DNA from: an uncultured virus (IMG/VR IMGVR_UViG_3300046385_000116)
Taxonomy: Duplodnaviria; Heunggongvirae; Uroviricota; Caudoviricetes
IMG/VR virus record: IMGVR_UViG_3300046385_000116
DNA length: 20,000 bases
Direction: 5' to 3' (one strand)
The translations under genes were made by a program, and so were the position numbers. Positions 16,972 through 20,000 of the stretch are shown one piece after another (position 1 is the stretch's first letter; the number at the start of each line of letters is the position of its first letter). Under the pieces are notes generated by a model. The model saw only the letters and a program-made list of their open reading frames with translations. It did no database searches and was not told the origin of the DNA.

Positions 16972-17430
16972 ATGAGTATCACAATTAAGAACCTTGAAAG
17001 TGCATTGGCTGGTGAAAGCATGGCACACATCAAGTATCGTTATTTTGCCAAGTTGGCTCGTGAAGAAGGTTACGAAGATGTTGCTAAACATTTTGAACAC
17101 ACGGCAGACCAAGAGATTCTACACGCATGGGGGCATCTTGAGTTATTGATTGGTAAACCATCAGTCAAAGAATCTTTACAAGCGGCAATCGATGGTGAAA
17201 CACATGAGTTTACGCATATGTATCCAATTATGCGAGCTGATGCTGAGAGAGAAGGCAACTTGTTGGCTGCAGGTATCATTGAAGAAATTGATGAACAAAT
17301 TGCTGAATCAAAAGAACACGCTGAGCAGTTTGCTGCCGTTCTTGCTAAAGCAGAGAAACGGTTTGCTGCTTTGAAGAAAGTGGAAGAGAAACACGCTAAT
17401 GCCTATAAACAAGTTTTGGAGGGAGTATAA
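16972..17430 (+). CDS. rbr: Rubrerythrin (di-iron ferritin-like domain only)
   Basis: NL..ALAGES.A...Y..FA..A..EG, E..HA, GETHE...MYP, E..HA. Confidence 0.9.
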   Translation: MSITIKNLESALAGESMAHIKYRYFAKLAREEGYEDVAKHFEHTADQEILHAWGHLELLIGKPSVKESLQAAIDGETHEFTHMYPIMRADAEREGNLLAAGIIEEIDEQIAESKEHAEQFAAVLAKAEKRFAALKKVEEKHANAYKQVLEGV

Positions 17431-17558
17431 TGAGATATTATCGTTGCGTGGTTTGTGGCCACATTTTATCAGAAGAAGATTATGATTCATTACCAGATTC
17501 AGTAGGTTGCCCTGAATGTGGTGTATCAAAAGAAGATTACGAATTAGTAATTGAGTAA
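17430..17558 (+). CDS. Short rubredoxin (42 aa, not in ORF track)
   Basis: MRYYRCVVCGHILSEEDYDSLPDSVGCPECGVSKEDYELVIE: CxxCG...CPxCG; TAATG coupling to rubrerythrin. Confidence 0.85.
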   Translation: MRYYRCVVCGHILSEEDYDSLPDSVGCPECGVSKEDYELVIE

Positions 17559-17571
17559 GGTAGTAATGGAG

Positions 17572-17609
17572 AATAACCATTGACAAACAGTGGTTATTTA
17601 CTATATAAT
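17572..17609 (+). promoter_or_regulatory. Sigma70 promoter whose -35 lies inside an inverted repeat (possible terminator for rbr-rubredoxin)
   Basis: TTGACA 17580-17585, TATAAT 17604-17609 (18-nt spacer); AATAACCATTG / CAGTGGTTATT stem. Confidence 0.55.
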
Positions 17610-17668
17610 TATAACACGGCCGAAACCTCTGAGGCGTAATTAACCAATCACGTTTCGGTTCTTTTTAT

Positions 17669-17745
17669 AGCGGGATAGCTCAGTCTGGTAGAGCGATGGA
17701 CTCATAATCCATAGGTCGTTGGTTCGAATCCTTCTCCCGCAACCA
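17669..17745 (+). tRNA. tRNA with CAT anticodon (Met/fMet or Ile2)
   Basis: GCGGGA/TCCCGC acceptor with A1:A72 mismatch, D-arm GCTC/GAGC, anticodon arm ATGGA-CTCATAA-TCCAT, TTCGAAT T-loop, encoded CCA. Confidence 0.9.
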
Positions 17746-17758
17746 ACAAAGGAATATT

Positions 17759-18109
17759 ATGAGTATGACGTTGGATGTACTAGTCTTTCTAAAGGCTTGT
17801 GACCAAGAAAAATCTCCAGAAAACGCAGAGTTGTATGCTAAACTAATCAAAGAAGAATTTGAGGAGTTTTGTGTTGCTCGTAGGGAGAATGATGAAGTAG
17901 AACAACTAGATGCTTGCATGGACATGATTTGGGTTATCTTAGGTTATGCTCACATGAAAGGATACAAAGTTGATGCCGCATGGAATGAAGTTGCTCGTTC
18001 CAATCTTGCGAAAATTGATACCGCAACTGGTAAAGTTCATAAACGTGAAGATGGTAAGGTATTAAAACCGGAAGGTTGGAAACCACCAGAACTTGACGGT
18101 TATGTTTAG
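17759..18109 (+). CDS. MazG-like / PRA-PH family nucleotide pyrophosphohydrolase
   Basis: LIKEEFEEF, EQLDACMD, EVARSNLAK, REDGKVLKPEGW. Confidence 0.85.
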   Translation: MSMTLDVLVFLKACDQEKSPENAELYAKLIKEEFEEFCVARRENDEVEQLDACMDMIWVILGYAHMKGYKVDAAWNEVARSNLAKIDTATGKVHKREDGKVLKPEGWKPPELDGYV

Positions 18110-18116
18110 GAGTTAT

Positions 18117-18341
18117 ATGAATACGTTTAGATTAGCTAAACAAATTGCAGAAGAACTTAAATTGCCACGTGCAGTTAAGTATGATTTGTTTCTACGTGAG
18201 TTTGATAATCAGGTAGAAATTGTTGGGTTGGTTGATGACCCTAATTATGACATGAAGGATTTTCAAGGCCGTGAGATGTTGTTCCCTAAAAAGTGGATAA
18301 CAATCGGTGTTGTTGATGCTTCTTATAAGGTAAAATTATGA
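18117..18341 (+). CDS. Hypothetical protein (74 aa)
   Basis: AGGAG upstream of ATG 18117; ATGA overlap with next gene. Confidence 0.7.
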   Translation: MNTFRLAKQIAEELKLPRAVKYDLFLREFDNQVEIVGLVDDPNYDMKDFQGREMLFPKKWITIGVVDASYKVKL

Positions 18342-18634
18342 CAATAAAATTAATTACATTTAAAACAAATCAAACCATCATGGCTGAAGTTACCGAACAA
18401 GGTGATACAGTTAATGCAAAACAAACCGTTCAAGTGGTAGTTCAACCACAGAATGGTCAACCCATGATGGGTTTTGTTCCATTCTTGGAGTATACCGAAG
18501 AATTTAAGAATGGTATTTCATTCAATAAATCGGATATTCTAACAATCAATACACCAGTTAGAGAACTAGAAAACGAATACAATCGTTTATTCGGCAGTGG
18601 TATTGAAATTGCCAGTTCAATACCTAAGATTTAA
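18338..18634 (+). CDS. Conserved T4-like hypothetical protein (beta-rich, possibly Sm-like)
   Basis: IKLITFKT...IMAEV...ELENEYNRLFGSGI pattern; this kind of ORF commonly precedes gp43 in T4-like phages. Confidence 0.7.
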   Translation: MTIKLITFKTNQTIMAEVTEQGDTVNAKQTVQVVVQPQNGQPMMGFVPFLEYTEEFKNGISFNKSDILTINTPVRELENEYNRLFGSGIEIASSIPKI

Positions 18635-19115
18635 GTTTAGCTTTCATTCCTAAACGGATAGCTCTCTTATGTTCTTCAGAGAGCTTTCTTCCTTTTAGGG
18701 TTTGACTTATTTTCTTTTTTTGTTCTTCAGTAATCACTTTACCTATTTGTGATTGTCCTATTTTTTGTTTATGTTCATCAGTAAGTTTTTTACCCAATTT
18801 CTTTTCAGACATAACTTTCCTAGATTGAATAGAATGTTTATGTCCTGATGAGCCTTCACCACCAATAGTAATGTTACAGAGATTTACACCTTCATGTTTA
18901 TATTTGGTAATCAAACCAATCTCAACAAGGTTTGCCACATCCTCTGTTAAATTCTCGTATAATAGTTCTATTGAATAATCTGTTTTATTAGTGATATTTT
19001 GCCAATGTGGATTTCTATTTGTAGTTTCAAAACAACGCTTATGTTTGCCTTTACCTACATAAAAGATTTCACCGGTATCGTTTCTTCGGTGTTGATAGAT
19101 GTAATAAATATTCAT
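18624..19115 (-). CDS. GIY-YIG-type homing endonuclease with tandem NUMOD3-like repeats
   Basis: YYIYQH...FYVGKG..KR, E..LI, N...GGEG; four repeats of the G(K/H)K(H/L)(S/T)xEx(K/R)xK(I/M) type. Confidence 0.8.
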   Translation of the reverse strand: MNIYYIYQHRRNDTGEIFYVGKGKHKRCFETTNRNPHWQNITNKTDYSIELLYENLTEDVANLVEIGLITKYKHEGVNLCNITIGGEGSSGHKHSIQSRKVMSEKKLGKKLTDEHKQKIGQSQIGKVITEEQKKKISQTLKGRKLSEEHKRAIRLGMKAKLKS

Positions 19116-19183
19116 GCTGATGATTCCTTTTTTATCATTAGAGTAGGTGGGGATTGCCGTCCCGTGACCTACACCTATTTATA
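19113..19183 (-). promoter_or_regulatory. Endonuclease leader element, copy 2 (late promoter TATAAATA + two hairpins + SD)
   Basis: Exact TATAAATA on minus strand at 19176-19183; 44-nt core 19138-19181 homologous to 12351-12394. Confidence 0.8.
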
Positions 19184-19198
19184 ATTATGAAAGATTGA

Positions 19199-20000
19199 AT
19201 GACTAAGTTTTATACAAATGTTTTATGTGTTGGTAATAACATACTTTATCGTGGTATTAAAGACGGCCGTAAGATAAAAATGAAAATTGCTTATGAGCCG
19301 ACTTTGTATTTACCTTCTAAGAAACCAACACAATTCCAATCCCTTCTTGGTGAATATCTTGAGCCCATGAAGTTTGAAAACATCCGTGAATGCCGTGATT
19401 TCAATAAACGGTATGAAGAAGTTGGTAATTTCAAAATTTATGGTAACTCGAATTTCCCTTATGCCTTTATTGCTGATGAACATAAAGGTATGGTTGAGTG
19501 GGACCAAGACTTAATATCTACCGCAGTAATCGATATTGAGGTTGGTTCTGAAAATGGTTTCCCTGACCCTTACATCGCACAAGAACCTATCACAGCTATT
19601 TGTATCAAATATGTTGGTGGTGAAACTATTGTCTTTGGTTGTGGTGATTATGAAAAACAAGGTAATGAAATCTATATCCAATGTAAAGATGAAACTACAC
19701 TAATCAAAAAGTTCTTTCAGTTATGGCAAGATAAATGTCCTGACATTATTTCTGGCTGGAACATTAAGTTCTTTGATATACCATATATCTACAATCGCAC
19801 CACTCGTTTGTTGGGTGAAGATGAAGCTAAGAAGTTATCTCCTTGGAACATTGTCAATCAACGCAAAGTGATGGCGATGGGTCGTGAGAATATTGCTTAC
19901 GAGATGTTGGGTGTTGCAACATGGGACTATATCGAACTATACAGATGGTATGCGCCAGGTGGTAAATCACAAGAATCGTATAAGTTGGATAATATTGCTA
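19199..20000 (+). CDS. gp43: Family B DNA polymerase, N-terminal and exonuclease domains (partial, runs off window; not in ORF track)
   Basis: MTKFYTNV..., ExoI DIEV..ENGFP, ExoII GWNIKFFDIPY, LSPW, ESYKLDNIA. Confidence 0.95.
   Translation, partial: MTKFYTNVLCVGNNILYRGIKDGRKIKMKIAYEPTLYLPSKKPTQFQSLLGEYLEPMKFENIRECRDFNKRYEEVGNFKIYGNSNFPYAFIADEHKGMVEWDQDLISTAVIDIEVGSENGFPDPYIAQEPITAICIKYVGGETIVFGCGDYEKQGNEIYIQCKDETTLIKKFFQLWQDKCPDIISGWNIKFFDIPYIYNRTTRLLGEDEAKKLSPWNIVNQRKVMAMGRENIAYEMLGVATWDYIELYRWYAPGGKSQESYKLDNIA

Noticed and set aside
17680..17925. Minus-strand 81-aa ORF
   Set aside because: Antisense shadow of the tRNA-CAT and the MazG-like gene
1..20000. CRISPR array, intron or intein
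   Set aside because: No regularly spaced direct repeats; core genes have normal lengths and uninterrupted frames, including the visible part of gp43

Overview
AT-rich segment of a T4-like (myovirus-type) phage genome covering the replication/recombination core in the usual order: end of gp55, gp47, gp46, [accessory block], gp45, gp44, gp62, regA, hsp20, [accessory block], start of gp43. The accessory blocks carry peptide deformylase, a DUF4338/DruA-like protein, a VWA/HExxH + MoxR-type AAA (CobT/CobS-like) pair, a GT-A-like protein, dNMP kinase, metallophosphoesterase, dCMP deaminase, rubrerythrin + rubredoxin, a MazG-like protein, two minus-strand GIY-YIG homing endonucleases and two tRNA genes. 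The most notable signals are non-coding. (1) A separately transcribed, structurally aberrant tRNA-Gly(UCC) follows the DUF4338/DruA-like gene directly, which suggests a tRNA-dependent glycyl-transfer (possibly DNA modification) module. (2) A ~175-nt multi-hairpin RNA with three loop-mediated pairings lies upstream of hsp20. (3) Both endonuclease genes share a covarying leader element. (4) An OxyR-type box abuts the rubrerythrin promoter. All family assignments come from motif recognition by eye, not from database searches.
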